The notes under the pieces were generated by a model, which was not told the DNA's origin, made no database searches, and worked only from the letters and a program-made list of their open reading frames with translations. Below are positions 47,534 to 57,865 of a stretch of DNA of 64,000 bases, one piece after another; within the stretch, counting starts at the first letter, position 1; every line of letters starts with the position of its first letter. Origin of the DNA: Candidatus Delongbacteria bacterium (lineage in GTDB: Bacteria > CAIWAD01); contig OY760505.1 of NCBI GenBank assembly GCA_963663545.1, forward strand, positions 3,232,001 through 3,296,000, given 5' to 3'. A program made the position numbers and the translations under genes.

Positions 47534-47583
47534 TACTTTGTTCGAAATACGAACAAAGTAGCGGCTGAGCCCTGGTTTGTCAA
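47534..47583 (-). promoter_or_regulatory. Sigma70 promoter with overlapping ROK-type operator
   Basis: TTGACA-N17-TACTTT on the minus strand; perfect 11-bp-arm palindrome TACTTTGTTCG-N5-CGAACAAAGTA. Confidence 0.85.
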
Positions 47584-48029
47584 GGAAAAAGCGCTGCACA
47601 AGCGATTGCCTCTCTAGAGTGTGTCAAGCTGAAATCATTAGAAAACACAGTTCGAATTATGAATTGCCTGCCGGGATACATGAGCTCCTGTTTGTCGTGC
47701 TCTGGCTCCCTTGGACCAGGCTGAGCGGGCCACTTCGAGTTTAGGGTTAAACCATGAGGCCGTACGTTTGTGTCGGAGCAAGGAGGAAGAGTCATCTCTT
47801 TCTGTACTGGGGAAGCTGTTAAGAATGTATCTTTGTATAGCGGTGTTCAAAATCCGTCCATTTAGAACTGCGGTTAACCGACTTCCTGACACAGATTTCT
47901 CATAACACTTGTAATAACAACCATGAAGTGCGTGATGCAAAATATGGCATTGCACTTGCAGTGTCATAACTGACATTGATTCCAATGTTAGCCAGAAACG
48001 GTGGCTGTACTCGATTAAGGGGATTTCAC

Positions 48030-48908
48030 ATGACCAAGATGTCTGCTGTTTTCAGCGTGGCCGTGCTCGGCCTTTCGCTTTGCTCAACCACTGCGTGGTC
48101 GGTGGTGCCGGAACTAAGTAACACTGGCGTGAGCGCTGGTGGCACTCGTTGTGTTGTTGTACCGCAGGTTGATCTGGACTGCACCGGTGCATTCGTCGAG
48201 AACGAGCCTTTCTTGGAAGGCGATGACACCATCAATGGTGGCTGCAATTCCGATCCTTACGTGGCCCAGATGATGACAGATCACATCTGCGGTAGCATGT
48301 TCACCTACGGTTTTGGTTCACGTGATACCGACTGGTACGAGTTCACGCTGACGATGCCGACGCTGGTGAGCGCGGTGGTCATTGCGGACACAGACCTGGA
48401 TTTCAACGTGTACTTCGTCGCGAATGCTGAGTTAACGCGGGATTGCACAGGCGTCAGTGTGATGTATTCTGCTGATGATCCGGTAGACAATACCGTCACA
48501 CTGGAAGCCATTCTCGAGCCCGGTGAGTACTGGTTGTGGATCGGTCCAAGAGAATTCGGTGTGGAATACATGCCGGTGCCCGTGGATTATTCTGCGGTTG
48601 TGACCATGCTTCCTTACGTGCCCGCCGCCGCTGACGAGCAGCCGGAGCACTTCCGCCTGGAGCAGAATTATCCTAACCCCTTCAACCCCAGCACCAGCAT
48701 CGCCTATGAGTTGCCCACGACCAGTGAAGTACAGCTGAATGTCTTCAACATGGCTGGCGAGCACGTGGCCAGTCTGGTGAACGGACTGCAGGAGAGCGGC
48801 GAGCATCAGATCAGCTTTGATGCCAGCGCCCTGTCCAGCGGCGTTTACTTCTACACGCTGCAGGCCGAAGGTCTTGTGCAGACGCGCAAGATGGTTCTGC
48901 TTAAGTAG
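48030..48908 (+). CDS. Secreted protein with T9SS/FlgD-like C-terminal tail
   Basis: Signal peptide; PPC-like DTDWYEF; NYPNPFNP..RKMVLLK. Confidence 0.75.
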   Translation: MTKMSAVFSVAVLGLSLCSTTAWSVVPELSNTGVSAGGTRCVVVPQVDLDCTGAFVENEPFLEGDDTINGGCNSDPYVAQMMTDHICGSMFTYGFGSRDTDWYEFTLTMPTLVSAVVIADTDLDFNVYFVANAELTRDCTGVSVMYSADDPVDNTVTLEAILEPGEYWLWIGPREFGVEYMPVPVDYSAVVTMLPYVPAAADEQPEHFRLEQNYPNPFNPSTSIAYELPTTSEVQLNVFNMAGEHVASLVNGLQESGEHQISFDASALSSGVYFYTLQAEGLVQTRKMVLLK

Positions 48909-48931
48909 TCTGTATCACAGTCGAAACTCCG

Positions 48932-48963
48932 AGCCCCGGCTTTCCAGGAAGTCGGGGCTTTTC
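48932..48963 (+). terminator. Intrinsic terminator
   Basis: AGCCCCGGCTT..AAGTCGGGGCT followed by TTT. Confidence 0.7.
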
Positions 48964-49028
48964 TGTCTACAGGCCCTATCTTGAAGGCTGCCGAAGGAGT
49001 GCACGGTAAACAATTGATTGGGTGCGGA

Positions 49029-51536
49029 ATGCGGACCGACACGAGCAAGACTTCCCGGGTGGCGTATTACTGCTTTGTGCTTTTCATGGCTGGGGGCAGC
49101 TTTCTGGTTTTCGAAGTGGGCTGGCAGCGGCTGCTGGCGCTGGTTCTGGGCTCGACGGTGATTGCATCAACGCTTGTTTTGTCTGCCTACATGGCAGGAT
49201 TTGGTCTGGGAGCACGCCTATGGAGTTCACTGAAGTCCGGTGCGCGAAGACCATGTGTTACAGCGGGATGGTTGCTGCTTGGCGTGGGACTCACCGGAGT
49301 CCTCAACCTGCTGCTTTTCACAAGTGCGATGCCTGCGCTCTTGGCCCGAGGCTTGCCTACATGGGTTCTGTTTGCGCTGGCAACCCTGCTTCTGATCGCG
49401 CAAGCCCTGCCGATGGGAGGGCTGTTCCCGTTGGTGAGCGGTCTGGCTGCACCTACGCTTGAAGGAAGAGAAAGAACACTCGGGCGCCTTTACGCCTTCG
49501 AAAGCCTGGGCAGCGCCCTGGGAGCGCTGTTGACCGCTTTTCTTCTGTTGGGACTGCTGGGCCAGTGTGTAAGCATTCTTGTAGCGGTTGGCGTAGACCT
49601 GCTGCTGGCACTGCTCTTTTTTTTGCATCGAGGCGGCCGTGTCACGCGTTCCGACGAAGCACAGGCCGAAACGTCAGTGCCTGAGTACCGTGTATCACGG
49701 GAAGCGCGTGGTGCCGCTGTTGTAGCCTTCTTGTGCGGTTTTGTCATGCTGGCGCTGCAGGCCCTGTGGATGCGCGCCTTTCACGTTTACTTCACCAACA
49801 CCAGCTATACCTTTGCGCTAATTGCCGCGATTGTCGTGCTAGGACTCTTCATCGGTAGTCTGGCCTTTTCCCTTCGCCGAGGAGCTGTATCACAGCGTGC
49901 TTCTGTCACCCGTGGATCATCGTCACTTTCACTGGCTGACTGTCGCTGGCCGCTGGCAGGGCTAAGTCTCTTTACCCTGCTGGGGAGCTGGCTTCTGTTC
50001 CGGCTACCGCAGACCCTCATGCTGCCCTTGCAGGAGACGCTGGCGAATCCGCTATTGCGGGTCTTTCTCTTTCCGGGAGCCGTAGCGCTGCTGATCGTGC
50101 TGCCACCCGCGTTGTGCTCCGGCTATCTCTTTCCATTGGCCTGTACCCTGGCTGCGCGTGCCGGCCGTACTACTAGCGCCGTTGGACGCGTGCTCAGCGC
50201 CAACACTCTGGGCGCAGTTCTGGGACCCCTGCTTGGCACTTTTCTACTACTACCCTTCCTGGGTGTAACACGCGGACTGCTGCTGGTCGGGCTTCTGCCT
50301 GCTGGGGTGGGCTTCTGGCTGACTACGCGAAACCCCGGCGCAGAGCTTCTGCAGCGTGTTGTGCTTGGTACGGCGATCGTTGTGCCTCTGCTCATTGTGA
50401 TTGCCGCGCCTGCACTTCCAGTGTTGCCACCCTCATTTGCTCTTAACGGGCGTGAGCTTTTGTATCACCGTGAGACGCTGGAAGGTACACTGAGTGTGGG
50501 CCTGGATCACCCGCCGCTGGGCAACCGACGTCACACCTTCGTCAACAATAGCCAAGTGATTGGTGCCACCTACGATGCGGTGAAAGTGGTGAAGATGGTC
50601 GGCCATCTGCCCTTCTTACTGGGACATGAATGCCGCGATGTGCTGGTAATCGGCTTCGGAATAGGTGTTACAACTTCGGCGATTGCATCGCATGACGAAG
50701 TGCGTTCCATCGAATGCGTTGAGCTGCTTCCTGGGCTTCAAGAGGCAGCCGCGTACTACGAGGATCTGAATCGTGGTGTGGCTCGTGATCCGCGACTGCA
50801 CTTGTACGGTGGCGATGGCAGGCAGTATCTGGCGGCCAGTAGAAAACGCTACGACCTGATTTCTTGCGATCCGACGCACCCGATTCTTGGTTCAGCCAGC
50901 CTCTATACACGTGAGTACTTTGAATCCTGCCAAGATCACCTGAGCGAGCACGGGCTTGTATCCCAGTATCTACCGCTACACAAGTTGGGTCACGATGAAT
51001 TCATGGGCATCGTCGCCACCTTCGCACAGGTTTTCCCGCAGAGCACACTCTGGCTGGGCCATTATCACGCCATACTTCTGGGAGCGCGTGATACGCTCGG
51101 GGTGGATTTCACTCAGTGGCAAAAGCGTGTTGATGCATTGATTCCGGACGAGTACTTCTACCAGGATGCCTATCACTTGGCCGCTTGCCTGATCCTGGAC
51201 AGCGAGGCCATGCAGCAGCTCGCAATGCAGTATCCGGCGAATTGTGAGGACCGTTCCTACACCGAGTTCTTTGCTCTCGACTGTCTGCGTGAAGAGAACC
51301 TCCCCGATAATCTGACAACGCTGGATAGCCTGCGTGTATCACCTGCAGGCCTGTTTGCCGGTATTCCCGACATGGCCATGATGGAGCGTTACCTGAGCGG
51401 CAACAGAGCCCTGTGTCGCAGTCTGGCCCATCACTTCCGCGGAGAAAACGCGGCTGCGCTGGAAGAACTACACCAGGCTTGCGAAGTGAATCCCGAAAGC
51501 CAGGAGTATCCCTTCCTGATCCGTTTGGGTTTCTGA
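49029..51536 (+). CDS. Multi-TM membrane protein fused to a spermidine-synthase-like SAM domain
   Basis: Many TMs; VLVIGFGIGVT, CVEL, DGRQYL, YDLISCD, SLYTREYF. Confidence 0.85.
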   Translation: MRTDTSKTSRVAYYCFVLFMAGGSFLVFEVGWQRLLALVLGSTVIASTLVLSAYMAGFGLGARLWSSLKSGARRPCVTAGWLLLGVGLTGVLNLLLFTSAMPALLARGLPTWVLFALATLLLIAQALPMGGLFPLVSGLAAPTLEGRERTLGRLYAFESLGSALGALLTAFLLLGLLGQCVSILVAVGVDLLLALLFFLHRGGRVTRSDEAQAETSVPEYRVSREARGAAVVAFLCGFVMLALQALWMRAFHVYFTNTSYTFALIAAIVVLGLFIGSLAFSLRRGAVSQRASVTRGSSSLSLADCRWPLAGLSLFTLLGSWLLFRLPQTLMLPLQETLANPLLRVFLFPGAVALLIVLPPALCSGYLFPLACTLAARAGRTTSAVGRVLSANTLGAVLGPLLGTFLLLPFLGVTRGLLLVGLLPAGVGFWLTTRNPGAELLQRVVLGTAIVVPLLIVIAAPALPVLPPSFALNGRELLYHRETLEGTLSVGLDHPPLGNRRHTFVNNSQVIGATYDAVKVVKMVGHLPFLLGHECRDVLVIGFGIGVTTSAIASHDEVRSIECVELLPGLQEAAAYYEDLNRGVARDPRLHLYGGDGRQYLAASRKRYDLISCDPTHPILGSASLYTREYFESCQDHLSEHGLVSQYLPLHKLGHDEFMGIVATFAQVFPQSTLWLGHYHAILLGARDTLGVDFTQWQKRVDALIPDEYFYQDAYHLAACLILDSEAMQQLAMQYPANCEDRSYTEFFALDCLREENLPDNLTTLDSLRVSPAGLFAGIPDMAMMERYLSGNRALCRSLAHHFRGENAAALEELHQACEVNPESQEYPFLIRLGF

Positions 51537-51800
51537 TTGCCATTGACGGGTAATCGAGGACCGTTCTGCTTCCGTTGAGCTTTGCATTCCTCTGTTTTCT
51601 GTGGCTACGGCAAGCGCTACTTTGCCTCAGTCGCATCACACGGCCCGAGATTGGGACAGAAGTCATTCGCCTGACACCTTGAGCAGCTTCGACTTGCGTA
51701 CTCGAATCAATACGATCCGGATCGTGAGGCCTCGCCTCGCAAGTCGGTGCCAGTGCATTCGTAGCACACGAATCGGCAAAGCCAGCGGAGGAGAGCATTC

Positions 51801-54800
51801 ATGTGTGACGGCGATAAGCACGATTCCAGTTCTACCAACAGTATGATCCGTGATACGGCGGAGAATGCACAGAACGGTGGATTTCAGGCAGAATTCCTGA
51901 AAGGCAAAGAGTTCAGCCTGGAGCGTCGCCAGTATGACTTCATTATTGAAGCCGCCGGCGTGGGCACATGGCAGTGGAACATGATGAGCGGTGAGATCCT
52001 CTGCAATGAAATCTGGGCAGAAATGCTGGGCTATCGTCTAGAAGAGCTGGAACCACTGACGCTGAACCGCTGGCGTGAACTGGTGCATCCAGACGACCTG
52101 ACGGCAGTGCTTGAGCTTCTGGAGGAATACAAGAGCGGCGAGCGTGTCGACTACTCCACAACCTATCGCATGTGTCACCGCGATGGCCACGACGTGTGGA
52201 TACTGGACCGAGGCCGTGTTGTGTCACGGGATGCTGAACATCGTCCCTTGATGATGTTTGGCACACACATTGACGTAAGTGAGCAGAAGGCGACTGAAGA
52301 AGCACTGCGTGAGAGTTCTGTGTATCACCGTGCACTGGTGCAGAACACGACGGATGCCTTTTGGTTGCTGGACTCTACTGGCCGATTCATGGATGTGAAC
52401 AAGGCTTGTGTGCGCCTGCTGGGGTATTCACGCGAGCAACTACTGTCCATGAGAGTGCAGCAAATAGAGGCCAAAGAGACGGCAAAGGAAACCGACGCTC
52501 ACTTGAAGACTATCTTGGAGAATGGCGCCGATGTGTTTGAGACAAGGCTGCGGGCAAGCGGTGGTGAACAGGTTCCTGTCGAGCTCTCCGTGTCTTACGA
52601 TGCGGCGCGAAGCGGGCGGTACATCGTGTTTGCGCGCGACCTCCGCGAGCGCCAACGGCAGCACGAGCACGATTTGCTTCTGGGACACATACTAGACGCG
52701 GCGCCGCTTGCGATCATGGTTTATTCCTATAGCGGCGACTTCTACTACGCCAACCGGCATGCGGTGCACCTGTACGGCTATGACAGTCTGGACGAGTTGC
52801 TGTGTTACAAGCGCGAATTGCACAAGGATGAGGCATATCAAGTACTTCTGGAGAAGCAGCTTATACATCTACGCGAGGAAGGTGAGACGAGTTTCGAAAC
52901 GGAGCACCGCAGCAAAGATGGATCCGTGCTCGTCCTCGATGTAATCGCCAAGGACATCCTGTGGCACGGGAAACCCGCCGTTCTGACCATCTCAACCGAT
53001 GTGACGGAGCAGAAACGGGCGCATGCGGCACTGGAAAAACGGCTGGTGGCCCTGACGAAGCCTCTGGATTCGTCGCACGATCTGGGTATTGAGGATCTGT
53101 TCAACATGGAGGATCTACAGCGCTTGCAGGATGAGTTTGCGCAGGCGACACAGGTCGCTTCGCTAATCACACTGCCCGATGGAACTCCCCTGACGCGGCC
53201 CAGTAACTTTACTCATCTGTGCGACAAGCTGATTCGAGGCACGAGTAAAGGCCGCGAAAACTGTCGCAAATCCGACGCCTACTTGGGGCGCTTCCACCCC
53301 GAAGGGCCCGTAGTCGCGCCCTGCGCCAGCTGCGGCCTGTGGGATGCCGGTACCAGCATCAGCGTCGGCGGAAAGCACGTGGCCAGCTGGTTTGTAGGAC
53401 AAGTACGCGACAACACACAGTCGATCGACACCATTCGCGCCTACGCCCGAGAGATTGGCATGGATGAGGAGAAAGCTGCCAAGGCTTTCGAGAAGGTGCC
53501 CGAGATGAGCCGCGAGCGCTTTGAGCAGATTGCGGCCTTGTTGTTCACCATGGCCAACCGCCTTTCGGACATGGCTTATCAAAATGTGCAGCAGGCACGA
53601 TTCATTCAGGAACGAAGAGCCGCTGAGGGTGCGCTGCGATTGAGTGAAGAGCGCTTTCGTCTGCTGTTGAATGAAACTCCCATGGTTTCGGTACAAGGGT
53701 ATCAGCCCGACGGTACACTGCTGTTCTGGAATGAAGGCGCGCATCAACTCTATGGGTATACCGTAGAGGAAGCGGTGGGTGCGAACATGTATCAGTTGAT
53801 CATGCCGGAGCAGATGCGCGAGAAAGCGCAGGAGGCTATCGCACGCATGGCAGCTGGAGGTGAGCTGGAGCCTCCCGCCGAGCTGGAGCTGAAACACAGG
53901 GATGGACATTCGCTGACGGTGTTTTCCTCACACTGTGTGATACGCAGACCGGGGCAGCCGGTGGAGCTCTACTGTGTGGATATCGATTTGCGTCCCATCC
54001 GCGAGGCGGAAGCCGAGCGCGAGCGCTTGCGCGAACAGCTGGTGCAAGCACAGAAGATGGAATCCATCGGACGACTGGCGGGTGGTGTAGCACACGATTT
54101 CAACAACCTGCTTAGCGTGATACTAGGAAACGCAGAGATCCTGCTGGACGATCTGCCCGTGCGCAGCGAGTTCCGTGACAGCGTCGAGGAGATTCAGCAG
54201 GCGGCCCAACGTTCGGCGGATCTGACTCGTCAACTGCTGGCTTTTGCTCGCAAACAGACCGTCGCTCCGCGAATACTGGACTTGAATGATACCGTAGAGT
54301 CCATGCTGAAGATGCTGCGTCGACTTCTCGGCGAAGACATCGAACTGGTCTGGGAACCGGCGCGTGTGTCACACTCCATCTACATGGATCCTGCACAAGT
54401 GGATCAAGTGCTGGCCAACCTTTGTGTCAATGCGCGGGATGCAATCAAGCGGGCTGATGGTCGAATCGTGATACGCAGTCAAGCCATTCGCATTACTGAG
54501 GAAGACTGCCATCGTGATTCATCGCTGCAATCGGGTAGCTACATGCTACTGGAAGTCTGCGACAACGGCGAAGGCATGGATGAGCACACTCTGGAGAACA
54601 TTTTCGAGCCCTTCTTTACAACCAAGGGCCTGGCTGAGGGAACCGGACTTGGACTGGCGACGGTATTCGGCGTAGTACAGCAGAATGAGGGCTTCATTCG
54701 TGTGGACAGCCGTCCCGGAGAGGGATCGTGTTTCCGACTCTATCTGCCCATAGCGGAAGCAGAGACGCCGCAGGTGTATCACACGAATGTTGGAGAACGG

Positions 54801-55181
54801 CGATCAGGAAGTGAGACGATTCTGTTGGTAGAGGACGAGCCTGTATTACTCACCATCAGCAAGCGTATGCTGGAGCGCATGGGCTACACAGTGCTGACGG
54901 CACAAAGCCCACGTCGCGCCATTGAGTTGGCCGACGAGTACAGTGGGCGCATTGATTTGATCATGAGCGATGTGGTGATGCCGGAGATGAACGGCAGCGA
55001 ACTGGTCCGGACGCTTGTTTCGACCTACCCGAATCTGCGCGCCATATTCATGTCCGGCTATCCAGCGGATATCATCGCGAGACAAGGTGTGTTACACGGG
55101 AATGTGGCCTTCTTGCAGAAGCCCTTCACCCAGGACCTGCTGGCGAGCAAGCTGCGGGAAGCGCTGGATGCAAATCATTGA
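51801..55181 (+). CDS. Hybrid histidine kinase (PAS x4, PocR-like, HisKA, HATPase, receiver)
   Basis: PAS/PAC motifs; PocR-like LQRLQDEF..C..G..NC..SD; AHDFNNLL; GTGLGL; receiver ILLVEDE..SDVVMP. Confidence 0.9.
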   Translation: MCDGDKHDSSSTNSMIRDTAENAQNGGFQAEFLKGKEFSLERRQYDFIIEAAGVGTWQWNMMSGEILCNEIWAEMLGYRLEELEPLTLNRWRELVHPDDLTAVLELLEEYKSGERVDYSTTYRMCHRDGHDVWILDRGRVVSRDAEHRPLMMFGTHIDVSEQKATEEALRESSVYHRALVQNTTDAFWLLDSTGRFMDVNKACVRLLGYSREQLLSMRVQQIEAKETAKETDAHLKTILENGADVFETRLRASGGEQVPVELSVSYDAARSGRYIVFARDLRERQRQHEHDLLLGHILDAAPLAIMVYSYSGDFYYANRHAVHLYGYDSLDELLCYKRELHKDEAYQVLLEKQLIHLREEGETSFETEHRSKDGSVLVLDVIAKDILWHGKPAVLTISTDVTEQKRAHAALEKRLVALTKPLDSSHDLGIEDLFNMEDLQRLQDEFAQATQVASLITLPDGTPLTRPSNFTHLCDKLIRGTSKGRENCRKSDAYLGRFHPEGPVVAPCASCGLWDAGTSISVGGKHVASWFVGQVRDNTQSIDTIRAYAREIGMDEEKAAKAFEKVPEMSRERFEQIAALLFTMANRLSDMAYQNVQQARFIQERRAAEGALRLSEERFRLLLNETPMVSVQGYQPDGTLLFWNEGAHQLYGYTVEEAVGANMYQLIMPEQMREKAQEAIARMAAGGELEPPAELELKHRDGHSLTVFSSHCVIRRPGQPVELYCVDIDLRPIREAEAERERLREQLVQAQKMESIGRLAGGVAHDFNNLLSVILGNAEILLDDLPVRSEFRDSVEEIQQAAQRSADLTRQLLAFARKQTVAPRILDLNDTVESMLKMLRRLLGEDIELVWEPARVSHSIYMDPAQVDQVLANLCVNARDAIKRADGRIVIRSQAIRITEEDCHRDSSLQSGSYMLLEVCDNGEGMDEHTLENIFEPFFTTKGLAEGTGLGLATVFGVVQQNEGFIRVDSRPGEGSCFRLYLPIAEAETPQVYHTNVGERRSGSETILLVEDEPVLLTISKRMLERMGYTVLTAQSPRRAIELADEYSGRIDLIMSDVVMPEMNGSELVRTLVSTYPNLRAIFMSGYPADIIARQGVLHGNVAFLQKPFTQDLLASKLREALDANH

Positions 55182-55305
55182 GCACTGGCCGAGTGCGATC
55201 AACCAATACCTGTATCGTGGTTGCCCATTACCGCAGCCTTATCTCCATTTGTCCTAAACCCGTGAGTGCTAGGATAGAACGACGAGAATCCGGGAGGGAG
55301 TCAAT

Positions 55306-57780
55306 ATGAGGCCGGGTCGCGGGCACGTGTATCATGGATTGTTGTTCCTGCTGTATCACCTGATTCTGGTGGCGTCAGCTACCTGTGCTACGAGCAAGGA
55401 CCTTGAAGGTATCTGGCTGGGGGCCTTCGAAACGCCACTGCACCGGCTGGAACTGGTCTGGCGCGTTTATGAGCCTCAGTCTGACAGCCTGCTGGTGCTA
55501 CACGATAGTCCCGCCTATGGCGTGCTTGACGTCCCCGTTCCCGTTGTGCAGCTGAACGCCGACAGTGTGCTTTTTCAGGTGACACGCTTTCCGGCGACTT
55601 TTCGCGGACGTCGCTGTGCTCCTGACCGGCTGTGCGGCCAGTACCAAGGCGAAGGGAATCCCGTTGACTTCGCCCTGACGCGTATCACGAGGAATCCAGA
55701 CTCGTTGCTGGCGTACATGGCGCCGCGGCTGCGAGCCGATGGCTCACGTGAGCTAGAGTGGGCGTATCACCGTCCACAGCAAAGCGATGATGGCTGGGGA
55801 GTTGGCGATGCGGCTTCCGCCGGAGTAGACATGGACCGTTTGCGAGAATTAGTACAGGGTGTGCTGACCAGCCACTGTCCAAATCTTCACTCCCTGCTGA
55901 TTGCGCGTGGTGACAGTCTGCTGGTCGAGGAGTACTTCTACGGCTACAACTCAGACCGACCGCATCCCATTTACAGTAATGCAAAAGGCGTCTGCGCCGC
56001 CACGCTGGGACTGGCGCTGGCGGAGGGTCGTGTACCAGCGTTGGACACTCCCTTGCGAGAGTGCTTTCCCGAGTACTCCCGGCTGCTGACAGATTCGCTG
56101 AAGTCGCGTATCACATTGAGGCACACACTGAGCATGCAGGCCGGGTTTGCCTGGGATGAGAGTTCTTCATCGTATTACGACATGCGTAATACAAACCGGC
56201 AGAAGATGAGCAGCGATGATTATGTGGCCTTTGTGCTCGCGCAGCCGATGAGTCATTTGCCCGGAACACAGTACACCTACAACAGCGGCTTGCCCGACCT
56301 GTGGAGCGAGCTGGTGCGCAGGGGTACGGGCATGTCCTGCTGGGAGGTTGCCGACCAGAAGATCTTTTCGCCGCTGCGTATGCAGCACTATCTGTGGGAG
56401 ACCAACAGCGACGGCACGGCGGGGGGCTTGCTGCTGAGACCGCGCGATTTTCTGAAGCTGGCGCGCGTCTACGCGAATCACGGACAGTGGCACGGCAAGC
56501 GTGTACTGGCCGAGGGCTGGCTGGACGAGTGCTATCGCGATCCGTGGGACGAAGAGCGACTGCCCTACTGGAATCATTGGGGTCGCGGGCTGCAAATGGT
56601 GGCGGGAATACCTGTCGTGTATTACAGCGGAGGCGGTTTTGGCGGGCAGGCGATTTTCGCCTTTCCCGATCTCGATCTGCTGGTGGCTTTTACGGCGGGC
56701 AACTATGTGACGCCCTCCATCCTCTATGACGAAGTGATGGCTAAGTATATTTTGCCACCGCTGCTAGAGCCGGAATCCGGCTATGCTTCGCCCGTCAGAA
56801 CCCCTACCCTTCAGCTCGACACATACGTGTATCACCACTCGCCCAATACGGGGTTGGCCTGCCTGTGGAGCGCTATGTCGTATCTCAATGGTGCGACGAG
56901 TGAAGCCTGGGTGTATGGTATCACAGGGGCCGCTTTTGCGCTGAATGCCAATGAGTACTTGTGGCCCAATTGCGTTGGTCGCTGGGACAATCCCTGTCTT
57001 GAGGAGCAGCTCAGTCGTCTTGGCTACGCGCGGAAGAACTTCTACGCCTACTTTTTGCAGCCCAATGCGGCCAGCGTACGCGAGGAAGCCCGGCAGGCTG
57101 TGATACAAGCTCTGGAGGACGGTCAACCCGCCTGGGCCTTTGATTTGCATCTCCCCGAGAGCTACCTGATCTACGGCTACGATCAGCATGGTGTCTACTA
57201 TCGAGGTGTGGATTGTAACACAGGCTACGGGCCACAGTCCTGGTCAAGCCTGGGTACCGAAGATCCTGGCTGGTTCGAAGCCCATACCATGTATCACATG
57301 GGGCATGCCGACACGCTGGCCGCAGTTCGGGCGTCGCTAAGGTGTGCCGTGCGAATGTGGCGTCAGCCGCAGGAGTTTCCGCATCAAGGTTTTGTCTTTG
57401 GTCCCGAGGCCTACACGATGTGGCAGCGCGCGCTTATGAGTGACAACCTGGATTTCATGGGCCTCGCCTACTGTGCAAGCGCGTGGTCAACAGCGCGCCG
57501 CTGTGCGGCAGACTACTTCGCGGAGTTGGAGCCGCACCTGCCTCCTTTGCATCTTCCAGCGCTGCAGCGACTGCAGACGCACTTCCGGGTTGTGGCCGAG
57601 AGCTGGCAACAGGTATGCGCACTCTTTCCTTACGAGGGACAGGAGCGCTGGCAGCTGCAGGAGAATGCTGCGGACCCACTTCGCCGGGAGCAGGCGGGCG
57701 ATGCTCTGCGAGAAGCCGCTCTGGCAGAAGAAACCGCTGTGCAAGAGTTGGAGCTGCTGTTGGTGCGCTGGCCGGAATGA
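55306..57780 (+). CDS. Serine hydrolase (class C beta-lactamase/AmpC-like fold) with an extra C-terminal domain
   Basis: SxxK (SNAK), YxS-type YNS, GGFGGQ; ~320-aa C-terminal domain. Confidence 0.75.
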   Translation: MRPGRGHVYHGLLFLLYHLILVASATCATSKDLEGIWLGAFETPLHRLELVWRVYEPQSDSLLVLHDSPAYGVLDVPVPVVQLNADSVLFQVTRFPATFRGRRCAPDRLCGQYQGEGNPVDFALTRITRNPDSLLAYMAPRLRADGSRELEWAYHRPQQSDDGWGVGDAASAGVDMDRLRELVQGVLTSHCPNLHSLLIARGDSLLVEEYFYGYNSDRPHPIYSNAKGVCAATLGLALAEGRVPALDTPLRECFPEYSRLLTDSLKSRITLRHTLSMQAGFAWDESSSSYYDMRNTNRQKMSSDDYVAFVLAQPMSHLPGTQYTYNSGLPDLWSELVRRGTGMSCWEVADQKIFSPLRMQHYLWETNSDGTAGGLLLRPRDFLKLARVYANHGQWHGKRVLAEGWLDECYRDPWDEERLPYWNHWGRGLQMVAGIPVVYYSGGGFGGQAIFAFPDLDLLVAFTAGNYVTPSILYDEVMAKYILPPLLEPESGYASPVRTPTLQLDTYVYHHSPNTGLACLWSAMSYLNGATSEAWVYGITGAAFALNANEYLWPNCVGRWDNPCLEEQLSRLGYARKNFYAYFLQPNAASVREEARQAVIQALEDGQPAWAFDLHLPESYLIYGYDQHGVYYRGVDCNTGYGPQSWSSLGTEDPGWFEAHTMYHMGHADTLAAVRASLRCAVRMWRQPQEFPHQGFVFGPEAYTMWQRALMSDNLDFMGLAYCASAWSTARRCAADYFAELEPHLPPLHLPALQRLQTHFRVVAESWQQVCALFPYEGQERWQLQENAADPLRREQAGDALREAALAEETAVQELELLLVRWPE

Positions 57781-57865
57781 AGCCCAGCCAGCTTTCCAGC
57801 GGAGCTAAATATGGCTCGCCTTCAATCAGATAACAGCACTACGGAACCCTAGCGGACAGGAGCTG

